From a virus, in IMG/VR virus record IMGVR_UViG_3300045988_177228, positions 1 to 64,000 of that record: a stretch of DNA of 64,000 bases; one strand, given 5' to 3'. Below the pieces are notes generated by a model that made no database searches, was not told where the DNA came from, and saw nothing but the letters and a program-made list of their open reading frames with translations. Made by a program: the position numbers and the translations under genes. Below, piece by piece: positions 35,801-46,476 of this stretch. Every line of letters begins with the position of its first letter. Position 1 is the stretch's first letter.

Positions 35801-38461
35801 ATGGGTAATCCGAACTGGTATCAGATAACCAGAACGTTGCAACAGTTAGACCCGGACGAGCAACGTTCGAAAATGGAAAGCATTCCAGCCGAACTGGATG
35901 GTTGCACCCTTCTCCTCATCAAGAAGGGCGAGGAGCCGGTCAAGGAATATATTTACGGTGACGGCGAGGGAATCGTCAACGCCGGACAGTTGGCTGGTTT
36001 TGACGCGAGACTGGTCGAAGATGATGAGGAACCGGTGTTGCCGGATGGCGTGAACAGTGCGGCACATCCTCTTGTACCATTCCGCGCCCGGTTGAACTCG
36101 AAAAGCAACATGGAGAAAATGCGGACGAACTATTCCGGCGTTCGTACAAGTATCGAAAAAGTCATGCCGCCGGACAGTTACGTGAGCATCACCCTTCGCA
36201 ATCAGGGATACTTCGAGCAGATTCGTATTCGCAATTGGATTAGCGACGAATACAATGCGGTGGAGGATTCAAGCGAACTCGCTTCAACCAACACGATGTG
36301 CGCCCGTGTGAGTTTCGGTTGCCGTCAGGCTTCCCGTAACCGACAGCTTGCGCAGAAGATTGGTCAAATCATCTGTCCGCTCATGTCCAACATGTCCAGT
36401 CATGCGAGCCGTCCGAAGTTCGGGTTGCTGTTCGTCAGCATGCTGTTGGAAGTGTTGTCCGTGATTTGGAGCGTGTGCGGTCTTGCAAGAGGATACGTGA
36501 TGGATGGGATTTTCCCATTATTCCATTCCGCTTGGGGTTTCGGAATCGCACTTCCACTGCTTGCTGTGACGTTGGTCGTGTTCCTGTTCCTCATGCTGTT
36601 GTCGTGCATTCCGTTCGTTTACATTCCAAGACCTCAGATTGCCGGTGGCTCGGTGGCGCTCATGCTTTACCTGCTGTTGGGGTTGCTTCCGCTACCGACA
36701 TTCATTCCTGTTCTTTTCGTTCCTCTTCTTGTATTCGCGTTCATCCGTTGGAAGAATTGGACGTTGTGGGATGACATTTTCCAAACGCCACGCAGATATT
36801 ATGCGATTGCGAACGACCGTGGCGCGAACGAGTCCGATAATCAGACCCGTCTTGGCGTGCGAACTCATAAGGAGCGCGTGTCGGCTTATGGTGCGCAACG
36901 TACCACGTTGATTCTTTCCCCGATTATCGTAAGTTCCGTGTTCACTCCGGTCACTCAGGGAGTGGCGATGAAACAGGAGTTACATCCGGTTCCGGAAGTA
37001 TTGTCGCATGATGGAATCTTCCTCGGGAAAGACGATACGGGACGTAACTGTTATCTCGACCCGTCGCAATTGTTCGGCGGCATCGCCATCAACGGCGAAG
37101 CCGGTTCTGGTAAGACCGTGCTCACCCATGGCATCAGCCAGTGGGCAATCAGCGCACGAGAAACCACCAGTCCGAAAATCTGGGGACACGACTCCCGTAT
37201 CATCCATTTTTGGATGAAGGATGATACCGGTGTTAACGTGTTGGAACGTTACCGCAAACGTCACGGTTTCACCAGTCCGCAGCGAGTCGTCTACTTGGCA
37301 GACCCGAACAGCGTGTGCTTGGACATGTTTGGCATGAAGGATGGGAACAATGCGATGGAGACTGCGGCGAGCGTGGCGAAGACAATGCGCTACTCGTTCG
37401 ATGACGGTGATATTCTGAACGACTCGCAGAACATCATCACCCAAGCGTTGACCATCGGCGTGGCAGTTGACCGTTACGTGCAGGAGGAACGCAAGCATAA
37501 TCCTGAATCCGCGAACAAGGATTGGGAAAGCGAGATTGTGAAACGTTGCCACCAGCTCGAACAATCGTATCCGGGTGCGGAACAGTTGCGAATGCAGTTG
37601 AGTCCAATCGGATGGGCCGTCGTCGCATTATGCGGTTCCGACGGTCAGGCCGGTTCCGCGAAAGCGTTGGGCCATGTGTGCCGCGCGTTGAGCATGGAGT
37701 TGAAGAGTGGCTACATGTTCGAGGAGATGACGCATGCGGCTCGTGCGGCTGAACAATTGTATGGCCGTCCGGACGCGGCTGGTCATACGGTTCGTTCCGA
37801 CCGTGACATTCTTGCGAAGACGAACGCTTCGTTGAACAAGGTGAACCAGTTCCTTCCCATCGAACACATGTTCACGGCACGTCGCGGCAAGGTGACTTGG
37901 ACGAACATTCTCGACCATGCGGGTGATTATCACATTGTGCTCGCACCGCATAACGGGTATTCGTTGCCGGAACGTATGGATAAGATTCTCGGCGGCTGGC
38001 TCATGTACCGTTTCTGGAATACGGTGTTCGCGCATTGCAAGGATTGGGACAAGGCTGGCAAGTGGACGATGCTCGTGTGTGACGAGTTGAGCCTGTTGGC
38101 TAACGGCAATGATGGCATTATGCCCGCGTTGCGTGAGCAGGGTCGTTCGTTCGGTCTGCTTCTCGTGTTCGCCACCCAGTATCCGACCCAGTTGTCCGAC
38201 GCGATGTTGGATTCGTTCATCGGCTATTCGACGTTCATTACATACAATACGACGATTCCGCGTATTGCCGATATGACGGCGAAACGTTTGACGAACAATG
38301 ACGGGGAGGATGGTTGGCGTTCAGGTGCGGTCATGAATCTTCCACGTTATGCGGCGGCTGTTCGCACTCGAACCCAAGAACAGTTGCAGCCGACGTTCCT
38401 TGTTCATGTGAACGATTTCGATAACGGTTATCGCAATGGTGACATGGATAATGATGACTAG
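35801..38461 (+). CDS. membrane-anchored FtsK/HerA/VirD4-superfamily ATPase (putative conjugative coupling protein / DNA translocase)
   Basis: aaggaaggtaaaacATG. About 5 TM helices at residues ~200-330. Walker A GEAGSGKT, Walker B MLVCDELS, GRSFGLLLVFATQYPTQL (FtsK/VirB4-like ATQ motif). Confidence 0.75.
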   Translation: MGNPNWYQITRTLQQLDPDEQRSKMESIPAELDGCTLLLIKKGEEPVKEYIYGDGEGIVNAGQLAGFDARLVEDDEEPVLPDGVNSAAHPLVPFRARLNSKSNMEKMRTNYSGVRTSIEKVMPPDSYVSITLRNQGYFEQIRIRNWISDEYNAVEDSSELASTNTMCARVSFGCRQASRNRQLAQKIGQIICPLMSNMSSHASRPKFGLLFVSMLLEVLSVIWSVCGLARGYVMDGIFPLFHSAWGFGIALPLLAVTLVVFLFLMLLSCIPFVYIPRPQIAGGSVALMLYLLLGLLPLPTFIPVLFVPLLVFAFIRWKNWTLWDDIFQTPRRYYAIANDRGANESDNQTRLGVRTHKERVSAYGAQRTTLILSPIIVSSVFTPVTQGVAMKQELHPVPEVLSHDGIFLGKDDTGRNCYLDPSQLFGGIAINGEAGSGKTVLTHGISQWAISARETTSPKIWGHDSRIIHFWMKDDTGVNVLERYRKRHGFTSPQRVVYLADPNSVCLDMFGMKDGNNAMETAASVAKTMRYSFDDGDILNDSQNIITQALTIGVAVDRYVQEERKHNPESANKDWESEIVKRCHQLEQSYPGAEQLRMQLSPIGWAVVALCGSDGQAGSAKALGHVCRALSMELKSGYMFEEMTHAARAAEQLYGRPDAAGHTVRSDRDILAKTNASLNKVNQFLPIEHMFTARRGKVTWTNILDHAGDYHIVLAPHNGYSLPERMDKILGGWLMYRFWNTVFAHCKDWDKAGKWTMLVCDELSLLANGNDGIMPALREQGRSFGLLLVFATQYPTQLSDAMLDSFIGYSTFITYNTTIPRIADMTAKRLTNNDGEDGWRSGAVMNLPRYAAAVRTRTQEQLQPTFLVHVNDFDNGYRNGDMDNDD

Positions 38462-38627
38462 CTTTTAGCGTTCATCATATTGCTTTTCAGAATCCGTTCG
38501 GAACTTTCAACTTCCGGACGGATTTTTTATACCTAAAAACCTCGCTACGACTGGAAACAACCGCGTAGGTTGATAGGATGAAAAATGCAGGAGAGTTCCG
38601 TTTGGAAAACGAAAGGGAACTCAAAAA

Positions 38628-38972
38628 ATGGGTGGAACCATTACCTTGGCTGGAAGCAGCCTTGAGAGCACCTATCATAAGATGTTCGACACCATTTTGA
38701 GCAGTAGCGCAGGAACCGTGTTGACCAACATCGGTCTTGCCGCAGCAGTGCTTCTCGCACTCGGCCTTATCGTCGGTAGCATTTGCAAGGCATTGGGACG
38801 CCAAAACAAGCTCGTGCAGATGTTCTGCCCGAACATCGGACGTATTCTCGTCGTCCTCGCAGTCGGATTCATTCTCGCTGGCCCGACCTTCACCATTCCG
38901 GCAATTCTTAAGTTGATTGACTGGTTCGTTGACGCGGTTGGCGGCAGTGGAAAGACCTATCTGGGAATCTGA
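38628..38972 (+). CDS. small membrane protein, possible T4SS pilin-like (VirB2/TrbC-type)
   Basis: aaagggaactcaaaaaATG. Two long hydrophobic helices. Followed by a strong hairpin. Confidence 0.45.
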   Translation: MGGTITLAGSSLESTYHKMFDTILSSSAGTVLTNIGLAAAVLLALGLIVGSICKALGRQNKLVQMFCPNIGRILVVLAVGFILAGPTFTIPAILKLIDWFVDAVGGSGKTYLGI

Positions 38973-38985
38973 CATCCGCAGAAGG

Positions 38986-39048
38986 AAAACCGGAGTGGAT
39001 ATGCGAAGAGGACCTTTCCGGTTCTGTTCCCACTCCGGTTTTCTTTTA
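38986..39048 (+). terminator. long hairpin (attenuator/terminator) after the pilin-like gene
   Basis: AAAACCGGAGTGG ... CCACTCCGGTTTT followed by CTTTT. Confidence 0.45.
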
Positions 39049-39077
39049 AGAACCTTACGTACGAAAAGAGTTGAATC

Positions 39078-39500
39078 ATGAGCGATGAGGAAGACGAAGG
39101 ATACAAAGGCCCCTTGCATCCGAGGTTGACGATGGACGACATCACGGAAGTGTCCGGCCCGGAGGAAATCGAACGGAAGAACACGTTCCAGATAACCAAG
39201 AACACTGAGGCCCGTTCCAAAACCGTGTTCTCCGTTATCGTCGGCGCATTGGCGGGCTTGGCTCTTTGCCTCATATTCGCCCCGTTGCTCGGATACATGT
39301 TCAGCTCGTTCTTCGTACTGTTGGGCGGAATACTGGCTCCGTTCTTCGCAGTCGGCACCATTAGAGACCGCACCCAACAGACACGGTGGAAGAGAACCTT
39401 GCAGGATATGAAGAGCCGCAAGATTGAAGGGCAGGTCTTCTACCCGAATTCCACTCAGCCGGAAAACATTATCGACCTTCAAGAAATGGAAATCCGTTGA
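39078..39500 (+). CDS. membrane protein (140 aa)
   Basis: aagagttgaatcATG. Acidic N-terminus then two TM helices. Confidence 0.5.
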   Translation: MSDEEDEGYKGPLHPRLTMDDITEVSGPEEIERKNTFQITKNTEARSKTVFSVIVGALAGLALCLIFAPLLGYMFSSFFVLLGGILAPFFAVGTIRDRTQQTRWKRTLQDMKSRKIEGQVFYPNSTQPENIIDLQEMEIR

Positions 39501-42500
39501 ATACAAAATATCGAGACCCAGTGAAACGGGCGGGTAGAAGGAACCTGCTCGTCATTCTGATGTTGTGCGTGGTCATGACATTGTTCGTCTTGCCGTCCAG
39601 CGTGTTCGCCGCACAGGTCAACGATTCGACCACGACGATAACATGCGCCAACGGCGGGACTGACAGTGCTACATCAGACATCTCTAGTTGTCTTCCTTCC
39701 GGACGTTGGGGAAACTACGTTGGGGAAATCACTTCGCGTACGGAACCGTACAGTGGCAGCGATGTCGCCGGTTGGTTCTCGAACGTCAAGCAGACCATCA
39801 GCTCGCAGACCCATATCGTCCTTCCCAACATTCTGATGCAGTTGACTCAGGTCTGCTGGTCTTCCGCATTGTCCATCAGCCAGTTCGCCGCTTCGTTCGA
39901 ACCGATGAAACAGGCTGGTGCGAACATCGACTCCGCAGTGTCCACCATGGTGACGAGTCTGATGGACGGTGGTATCCCCGCCACCATCGCAGTGCTCGGC
40001 ATCGTGGCTTGGGTTGGCGCGGCTGGATTCCAAATCGGCACCGTCAAAGAGGCGAGCAAACGAATCGTCATCATGGTTCTCTGCTTCGCTTCAATCACGA
40101 TGCTTGGAGCTGGAGCGGCCAAAACCGGAAAGAACGCCACAGAACCGGCGACCGGAAGCCCATGGTGGGTCGTGCAGACAATCAACAACACCATCAACAA
40201 GCTTTCGGTCAACCTCGACCTTGACGGCATGGCAGACAGTGATAAAAACATGATGTCCTACCATCATGCGGCGAACGGTGCGAAAACCAATTGTCAGGAT
40301 TACCTGTACTTCATGCATCAGGCGTATGACGAACAGGCGAAGTCCAACGGCAATCAGGATACAAGCAACGTCACCAAGGCCATCAACCGTATTTGGGAGG
40401 AGACCTCTCTTCGCTCGTTCGTGACCATGCAGTACGGAAACCCGCAGACCACCGGAACATCCTCGTTCCGTATCGCGGAAAACGCTCGGCAAGGTTACTG
40501 CCACGTGTTGGAGATGAAAGCCAACACGAACACGACCATCCAGAAGGATTTGACCAACAAGGCCATGGCGTTGCACATCAGCGACCAGCGAGCCAAATGG
40601 TTGTTCTCCGTGGACGGTTGGGTAGACCCGCGTAATCCTTACTTCACCGACAAACCGTTGGAAAGGGAGAACGCGACATATCTCAGCCGTGCGGGCGTGT
40701 TCTGGGAAACCTGTGGCACGAAACGCAATCAGGAAATCTACGCGCGAGCCGGATGGGCGACACTCATCAACAACCTCGGTGACACAGGAACCAAGAACAT
40801 CAAGAACGGCAGTACGAAAGTACGTGTCAAGATTGACGACTTGGACAATGTGAAACCGACCAACGGTGGCAAAGGCGTGATGGACGCGAAACAAAACGGC
40901 AGTGAAGACGAAACCATCCAACAGACCACTTCGGTCTGCCAGACGATTCTCAAACAGGGTTCCGTAATCTTCTCCCGTTCCACCGATATCAACAAGGAGG
41001 ATGACGGAACATATAAAGACCAGCAGAACGACACCAACTGGGGCGACTCCGCTACGGTCGGATGGCGTTTCGACGTGCCGAACGTTTCCGGAACTTGGAG
41101 TGAGGCGAATCTTCGTGACGCTCAGGATGATTCCACTGTCACGGGCGGTGCGAAGAAAACCATCGACTACATGTATGGCAACAACAACGTCGATACGTTG
41201 GGTGCTTGCGGAACACTTATCGGAGGCATCGTCAATCTCGTGGTCTGGGGATTGTTGAGCCTTGTTCTAATACTGACGAAGCTCATGCTGATAATGATGG
41301 CGTTGTTCCTCGTGGTCACGTTCCTTGTCCAAGCGTTCCCGATTGGCGAGAAGCCGAAGAACGCGTTGAAGAACTGGGCGACGTACACCTGCCAGTTGAG
41401 TATGGTAGGAGCGTTGTACGGTGCGCTCGGTACTCTCGCAACATTCATTTGTGGCCTGACGTTGAAGTTCACCTCTGCCAGCAGTGGTTCGTTCACCTAC
41501 CAGTTGATTGCGGGATTGAGTCCGGTGTTGGCTCTCGCCGCAATCGGCATGTTCTGTTCGAAAGTGTTGAAGTGTGGTAATCCGTTCAGCGTCAACGCTC
41601 TGATGGGCATGGCGGGTGGAACCGCAATGGCGTCCGGTCTTCGCAAGGGAATGCACATGATTGGACAGTACCGTATGATTCGCGCCATGCGTGGCGGATT
41701 CCGTCGTGGCGGCAATGGTGTCGGACGTTTGTCCACGAACGGTACCGGCGCTGGCATGGCCCATAACGGAGCACGTCAAAGCGAGACTGTCCTAAGCAAG
41801 ATGAGCCGCGCGCAACAGGATTCGTTGAGTCAGGGCGATAGGAATCTGATGAATCGTAACGCCAAGGAGTTCGAGGCGATTCAGACGCGTGGACGCGGAA
41901 GCAAGAACTGGGCACGAATGGACAAGAGCACGGTGAGAGGAAGTCTTGCCGGTGCGAAACTCCATTTTGAGGATTCCACGGGCAAGTTCAAGGGACGGTT
42001 GAACAAAGCCGTTTCCAAGTTCCATGGCGAGGACAATACGGAGGCGTTCGCCCATAGTATCGCCCAACGTCACCCGGGCATGTCCCTCAACGATGTGCAA
42101 CGCAAAGCGCAAAGGATGAACCATCTGAACAATGCCGGACGCAAACTCCAAGGTGCGGCAAGAGTCGCCGGAGCCGGAGCCGCAATGGCCGGTGCTGGTC
42201 TCGCTTTCGCCGCACGAGCCGCGAAGAGCGCTCCTTTGCGTAACGTAGCCGCACGCGGAGCGAAGGTCGCCGCGAAAGCCGCTGTCGCAGGAGCTTTGTT
42301 CTCCAATCCGATTACCGCACCGTTGGGATTGATTGCCGCAGGAAAGCTGGCTGCCGACCGTAACCTCCATCATGGTCTAGCGGTGGGTGCGGGAGCCGCG
42401 ATGGATAAAATCCGCGACATCAGGAACGCTGCTCCCGGCAGTATGAGAGAACGCGACCAGTGGCGTCGCGACGTGTTGGGCATGGCTAATGGTGACGCTC

Positions 42501-43504
42501 CGTTGTCGTCTCCGTTCTCCGGCGCCGGTGACGGTGGTTCCGACAATGGTAACAGTCCTATGCCTTCTCCGTCGGCTCCGAATCCGGATGTCCCAACCCA
42601 AACCGGTGGTGTCGGTGGCGCGTCCCCGATTCCGACGGACGCGCAGACCGAGACGATTCCGATTGGCGCTCCGACTGGTCCGATTCCAGCGGACGCCCAA
42701 GGACAGCAGACTCCGGTGTTGACTGAACAGTCCGCGTTCAATCAGGTTCGTGAGGGAATGATGGCAGACTTCACGAATAACCAGCACATGTCTCAAGAGG
42801 ATGCGGAACAGGCTTTCCAAGAAGCCGTGGCCTCCGGTGAAGTCGATGATTCTGTCCAAGCGTATATGAGCCAGAACAATCAATCTCCTATCGAGAATGT
42901 GACGGCTCAACCTGAGATGAATGCCAATCAGCCGGTGTACAACACTGAGACAGGTGAGATTGTTGGTGAGACCCTACCCTCCGGGACGATGGACGCCGCC
43001 GTGTCCTCCGCCTCCACTTGGCAGAAGGCAACCGACAATGCGACTCCGATGCCTGAATCGGTGAACAATTCACTGCAACAGGCGTACATGCGCGAGAATC
43101 CGGTACAGCAGTCTCCGGAGGAACATTTGCGGATGGCGCAGGAGGAGTGGACTAGGACGACTGGTCTTCCGAGCGATATGATGCCTGCGAGTGCGGAACG
43201 TGCCATGAATCCGAATGGAATTCAGCCGAGTAGAGAATTCACGGTTGATTCCGGTCAGACGCAACAGCAGGGTTCGGTACAGGCGCAAGCTCCGCGACAG
43301 CAGTCTCAACCGCAGCCACAAGCTCAGGTGAGGCAGCAGCCGTCGGTTCGAATGCAACCGCCAACCACACCGTCACCGACCGTCAAACAGCCAGTGGACG
43401 CCAACCCGTCAAACCTGACAGGTTTCCCCTCCGTAGGCAATCTTCACATGAAGAAACCGCCGACCGGAGGACAGCCGACACCCAAACCGCCGTTCATGAA
43501 GTGA
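39497..43504 (+). CDS. 1335-aa polytopic membrane protein with Pro/Gln-rich C-terminal tail (VirB6/TrbL/TcpH-like candidate)
   Basis: ATGA overlap with previous gene. Signal peptide. Many TM helices in two clusters. Ala-rich and PQ-rich low-complexity C-terminus. Confidence 0.7.
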   Translation: MNTKYRDPVKRAGRRNLLVILMLCVVMTLFVLPSSVFAAQVNDSTTTITCANGGTDSATSDISSCLPSGRWGNYVGEITSRTEPYSGSDVAGWFSNVKQTISSQTHIVLPNILMQLTQVCWSSALSISQFAASFEPMKQAGANIDSAVSTMVTSLMDGGIPATIAVLGIVAWVGAAGFQIGTVKEASKRIVIMVLCFASITMLGAGAAKTGKNATEPATGSPWWVVQTINNTINKLSVNLDLDGMADSDKNMMSYHHAANGAKTNCQDYLYFMHQAYDEQAKSNGNQDTSNVTKAINRIWEETSLRSFVTMQYGNPQTTGTSSFRIAENARQGYCHVLEMKANTNTTIQKDLTNKAMALHISDQRAKWLFSVDGWVDPRNPYFTDKPLERENATYLSRAGVFWETCGTKRNQEIYARAGWATLINNLGDTGTKNIKNGSTKVRVKIDDLDNVKPTNGGKGVMDAKQNGSEDETIQQTTSVCQTILKQGSVIFSRSTDINKEDDGTYKDQQNDTNWGDSATVGWRFDVPNVSGTWSEANLRDAQDDSTVTGGAKKTIDYMYGNNNVDTLGACGTLIGGIVNLVVWGLLSLVLILTKLMLIMMALFLVVTFLVQAFPIGEKPKNALKNWATYTCQLSMVGALYGALGTLATFICGLTLKFTSASSGSFTYQLIAGLSPVLALAAIGMFCSKVLKCGNPFSVNALMGMAGGTAMASGLRKGMHMIGQYRMIRAMRGGFRRGGNGVGRLSTNGTGAGMAHNGARQSETVLSKMSRAQQDSLSQGDRNLMNRNAKEFEAIQTRGRGSKNWARMDKSTVRGSLAGAKLHFEDSTGKFKGRLNKAVSKFHGEDNTEAFAHSIAQRHPGMSLNDVQRKAQRMNHLNNAGRKLQGAARVAGAGAAMAGAGLAFAARAAKSAPLRNVAARGAKVAAKAAVAGALFSNPITAPLGLIAAGKLAADRNLHHGLAVGAGAAMDKIRDIRNAAPGSMRERDQWRRDVLGMANGDAPLSSPFSGAGDGGSDNGNSPMPSPSAPNPDVPTQTGGVGGASPIPTDAQTETIPIGAPTGPIPADAQGQQTPVLTEQSAFNQVREGMMADFTNNQHMSQEDAEQAFQEAVASGEVDDSVQAYMSQNNQSPIENVTAQPEMNANQPVYNTETGEIVGETLPSGTMDAAVSSASTWQKATDNATPMPESVNNSLQQAYMRENPVQQSPEEHLRMAQEEWTRTTGLPSDMMPASAERAMNPNGIQPSREFTVDSGQTQQQGSVQAQAPRQQSQPQPQAQVRQQPSVRMQPPTTPSPTVKQPVDANPSNLTGFPSVGNLHMKKPPTGGQPTPKPPFMK

Positions 43505-43519
43505 CGTCGGTTTGACCAT

Positions 43520-43575
43520 CCGGCGTCGAATGTTTTGAGCATCTTCCACAGCATTCGACGCCGGTTTCCCTTTCG
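43520..43575 (+). terminator. putative intrinsic terminator
   Basis: CCGGCGTCGAATG-17 nt-CATTCGACGCCGG then tttccctttcg. Confidence 0.5.
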
Positions 43576-43605
43576 TAAACCTTCCAACGTCAAGGAGATT
43601 AGAAA

Positions 43606-43959
43606 ATGGAAGAGGTAGGAAACCAAGCCGCTGACACTGCGGGACGAACGTTGGGTGACGTGCTCACTGTGTTCTTCTCTTGGGTGTTCACGCCGACGGG
43701 CGCAATCCTCACTTTGTTGATGATTATTATTTGCGCCGGTAGTGTCGTGTTCGCAATCTTGCAGAAAAGCACCCGCGCGTTGATGACCGCGTTGACCATC
43801 TGCGCGTTCCTGTTGTTCGTGTGGATTATCACCGGTGTCTTGGAGGTCATGGGTTTGCCCGTGCGTGAATGGATGAAGGATATCGCGGCCCAGATGCCTG
43901 ATATCGGTTCACTGTTCATGGAGTTCCTTCGCAAACTGGTGTTCACTGCTACCGAATGA
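43606..43959 (+). CDS. small membrane protein (117 aa), TrbC/VirB2-like candidate
   Basis: aaggagattagaaaATG. Three hydrophobic helices. Confidence 0.5.
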   Translation: MEEVGNQAADTAGRTLGDVLTVFFSWVFTPTGAILTLLMIIICAGSVVFAILQKSTRALMTALTICAFLLFVWIITGVLEVMGLPVREWMKDIAAQMPDIGSLFMEFLRKLVFTATE

Positions 43960-44196
43960 TTTTTGTTCGGCGGTAAAAACAAAAGAAGGCCGTATCCGTT
44001 TCATCGCGGACGCGGCTTTCTGTTTTTCTGTTCCGCCTGTAAACTTGTACGCCGTTCAACTGTTTTACTGGAATGTTTCTCCGAACGGTTTTCTGGTTCG
44101 GCGTGCCGACTTTTCGCCGTTGTTATCATCGAAACAAAAAGACATACCCCCACCATGATTCCGTCCACACCGGAAGCAGAAAAAGGAAACCAGAAC

Positions 44197-44859
44197 ATGA
44201 GAGTCAAAAACCATACGGTCATCATCACCGTCGCAATCATCAAAGGCGGTTCAGGAAAAACAACCACATCAATGGCATTGGCCGAACTATTGCACAAACG
44301 CGGGGAACAAGTCACAGTCTTGGACTCCGACAACACGGGCGGCGCGACCATGTGGGAAATGTACGTCGAACAGGAAAACCGCAGACGCAGACAGGACAAT
44401 CCGGACGCGGAACCATACACGCTCGGCTTCCCCGTCGTGCAAACCAACGAAGCCGTATTGAACAATCCGGAACTCATCCGCGAAAAATATTCAGGCTGGG
44501 TCATCATCGACACCCCACCGTCCGACGCGGGAGTGGTGCAGGCGGCGATAAACGCGGGCGACGTGGTGATAATCCCATGCCAGCCATCCGTATCCGATTT
44601 GACCCACGCGGGACGCACATACGCGGCGGCACGCAACGGCATCGTCCTGTTGACACGCGTGAAGCCGAGAACGAAACTCGCCCGGAACAGCATCAGCGAA
44701 CTGGATGAGGAAGGCATCGCACGGTTCGAAACCGTCATCACGGAACGTGAAGCCGTCAAGAACATGTACGGCACGACGGAAATCGACAACAAGGAGTATT
44801 CCAGCGTCGTGCAGGAACTCATCGACTATCTGTCTGAAATCAATCTGGTGGAAGAATAA
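44197..44859 (+). CDS. parA: ParA-family plasmid partition ATPase
   Basis: Deviant Walker A KGGSGKTT, VLDSD, IIDTPP. Real start inside track ORF 43963..44859. Confidence 0.85.
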   Translation: MRVKNHTVIITVAIIKGGSGKTTTSMALAELLHKRGEQVTVLDSDNTGGATMWEMYVEQENRRRRQDNPDAEPYTLGFPVVQTNEAVLNNPELIREKYSGWVIIDTPPSDAGVVQAAINAGDVVIIPCQPSVSDLTHAGRTYAAARNGIVLLTRVKPRTKLARNSISELDEEGIARFETVITEREAVKNMYGTTEIDNKEYSSVVQELIDYLSEINLVEE

Positions 44860-44889
44860 AAACAGGAGCAGGGGAGTAAGTAGGCAATC

Positions 44890-45345
44890 ATGGTCAAGAA
44901 CATCAAACGCAACGCTTTCGCAACAGGAATGCAGGACAAGCGTGACATGCGCCCATTGGAATCACCGGAAAACATTAGCGAACCGAACACGGAGCAGGAA
45001 CCGACACAGGCCATTCCTGAAACGCGGGAACCGTCAGACCAGTCAGTCCAAACGTCCGCCGACATGCATGCCCAAACGCTCACGGAGGAAGAAGCCGACC
45101 GTCGGGCACGGCTCATCACCGACATAACCCATCCTGAAACACCGGCACCATCCGAAACGCATCAGCCGCCGAAAGAGAAAAGAATCGGCAGCAACGTCAC
45201 CGTCGAAAACTGGCGGGCATGGAAGATGAGAAGCATCGAATACGGGACGAAGCAGGCTGTATTGTTGAATGCCGCGATGGACTACTGCTTCCAGCAGGGG
45301 CACTTCGACCAGACGCTCATCGACAAGTACGAGCAGAAGGATTAG
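44890..45345 (+). CDS. small partition protein (ParG/ParB-like, RHH-type C-terminus)
   Basis: Immediately follows parA. Acidic linker. C-terminal SNVTVENWRAWKMRSIEYGTKQAVLLNAAMDY RHH-like. Confidence 0.5.
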   Translation: MVKNIKRNAFATGMQDKRDMRPLESPENISEPNTEQEPTQAIPETREPSDQSVQTSADMHAQTLTEEEADRRARLITDITHPETPAPSETHQPPKEKRIGSNVTVENWRAWKMRSIEYGTKQAVLLNAAMDYCFQQGHFDQTLIDKYEQKD

Positions 45346-45453
45346 GCTCCGGTATACTAATATTCGGATGAACAAAAAGATTTCATCGAAGTCTTCCAGA
45401 TGGGGCGACGCTCATATCAGAGCGTACGCCCCATTGGTTTTTCTAAAACACAG

Positions 45454-46323
45454 TCAGGATACGAACGGGTTCATTGGCTCGTTATCGTCTGCCACGCCCG
45501 CGTCCGTGTCGGCATCATCGTTAGCCGACTGGATGGAAGGGAGACTGGGGCGGACTATGACGCCGGTTTCCGTGATTTCGACTTTCAGCTCCGGCCATGC
45601 GAGCTGAATCTTCTCCAACGCTCTCTTGAACTTGCGTTTGAATTCACGTATCGGATACCCGTCATACTTGAACTGCATCAACAGAGCTTCCCATGTTACG
45701 CCGGTTTCACGTCGGGCACCGTTCGCGCGGAACGCGAGCCATTGGTAGATATCCAAAGCGAGGGCGTCACTGCGAAGCTGACGGACGATGTACGGGTTGA
45801 GTGGCACGCAGTTCTCGGTCAGCAGCGCCCACATCTGTGGGGAGAATTCTATGAACGACTTCTTGTTTTCGTCGGTCACGTAGTTGAGCGCCACGGTGTT
45901 GGCGACGAAGAACGAGTGGGCTATGAATCCGTCTGCTGACCAGTTTTTGAGGATGATGGAAGTGGTGGCTAGATTCTTAACCATCTGCATCACATTATCC
46001 TTGCTGGACCCCGAATAATGGATTCCGGCATTCTTGCAAAACGAGTTATACGTGTCGTCCAAGTAGACGGTGTGACGCTCCGCGTCCACGCAGTCGCTTC
46101 CATTCTTGATGAGCGAGCGGATGTGGATGAGGAACATTCTGGGGGCCGCACCGTAAGCCCATTCGCCATTAGATGCCGAAACTGTGATTGACGAGCGTCC
46201 GTTGGTTTTCGTCACGCTGGGTGTAGTTGGTTTTGTCTGGGGGAGGAAGCTCAGCTTCGACATCACGGACGGCGTATAGCGGTATGAGTTGTTGTTGTCT
46301 GCGGGGACGATATCATGGTTCAA
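45454..46323 (-). CDS. plasmid replication initiator protein (iteron-binding Rep, winged-helix type)
   Basis: ORF directly downstream of iterons and AT-rich stretch. DIYQWLAFRANG...VTWEALLMQF resembles Rep_3-type initiators. Confidence 0.65.
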   Translation of the reverse strand: MNHDIVPADNNNSYRYTPSVMSKLSFLPQTKPTTPSVTKTNGRSSITVSASNGEWAYGAAPRMFLIHIRSLIKNGSDCVDAERHTVYLDDTYNSFCKNAGIHYSGSSKDNVMQMVKNLATTSIILKNWSADGFIAHSFFVANTVALNYVTDENKKSFIEFSPQMWALLTENCVPLNPYIVRQLRSDALALDIYQWLAFRANGARRETGVTWEALLMQFKYDGYPIREFKRKFKRALEKIQLAWPELKVEITETGVIVRPSLPSIQSANDDADTDAGVADDNEPMNPFVS

Positions 46324-46476
46324 GTGACCATAGCTCCTTTATGGTTGCCAACGCCCCGGCTGTTGACCCAGCGCGGGGTTTTCTTTTTCTTCGATTCTAA
46401 CCGGTGCTTCTGACCTTCCCGCTGTTGTATTCAACCTTTCGGGCGTGCGTGAGAAAGTGACACACAGAACATGAAA

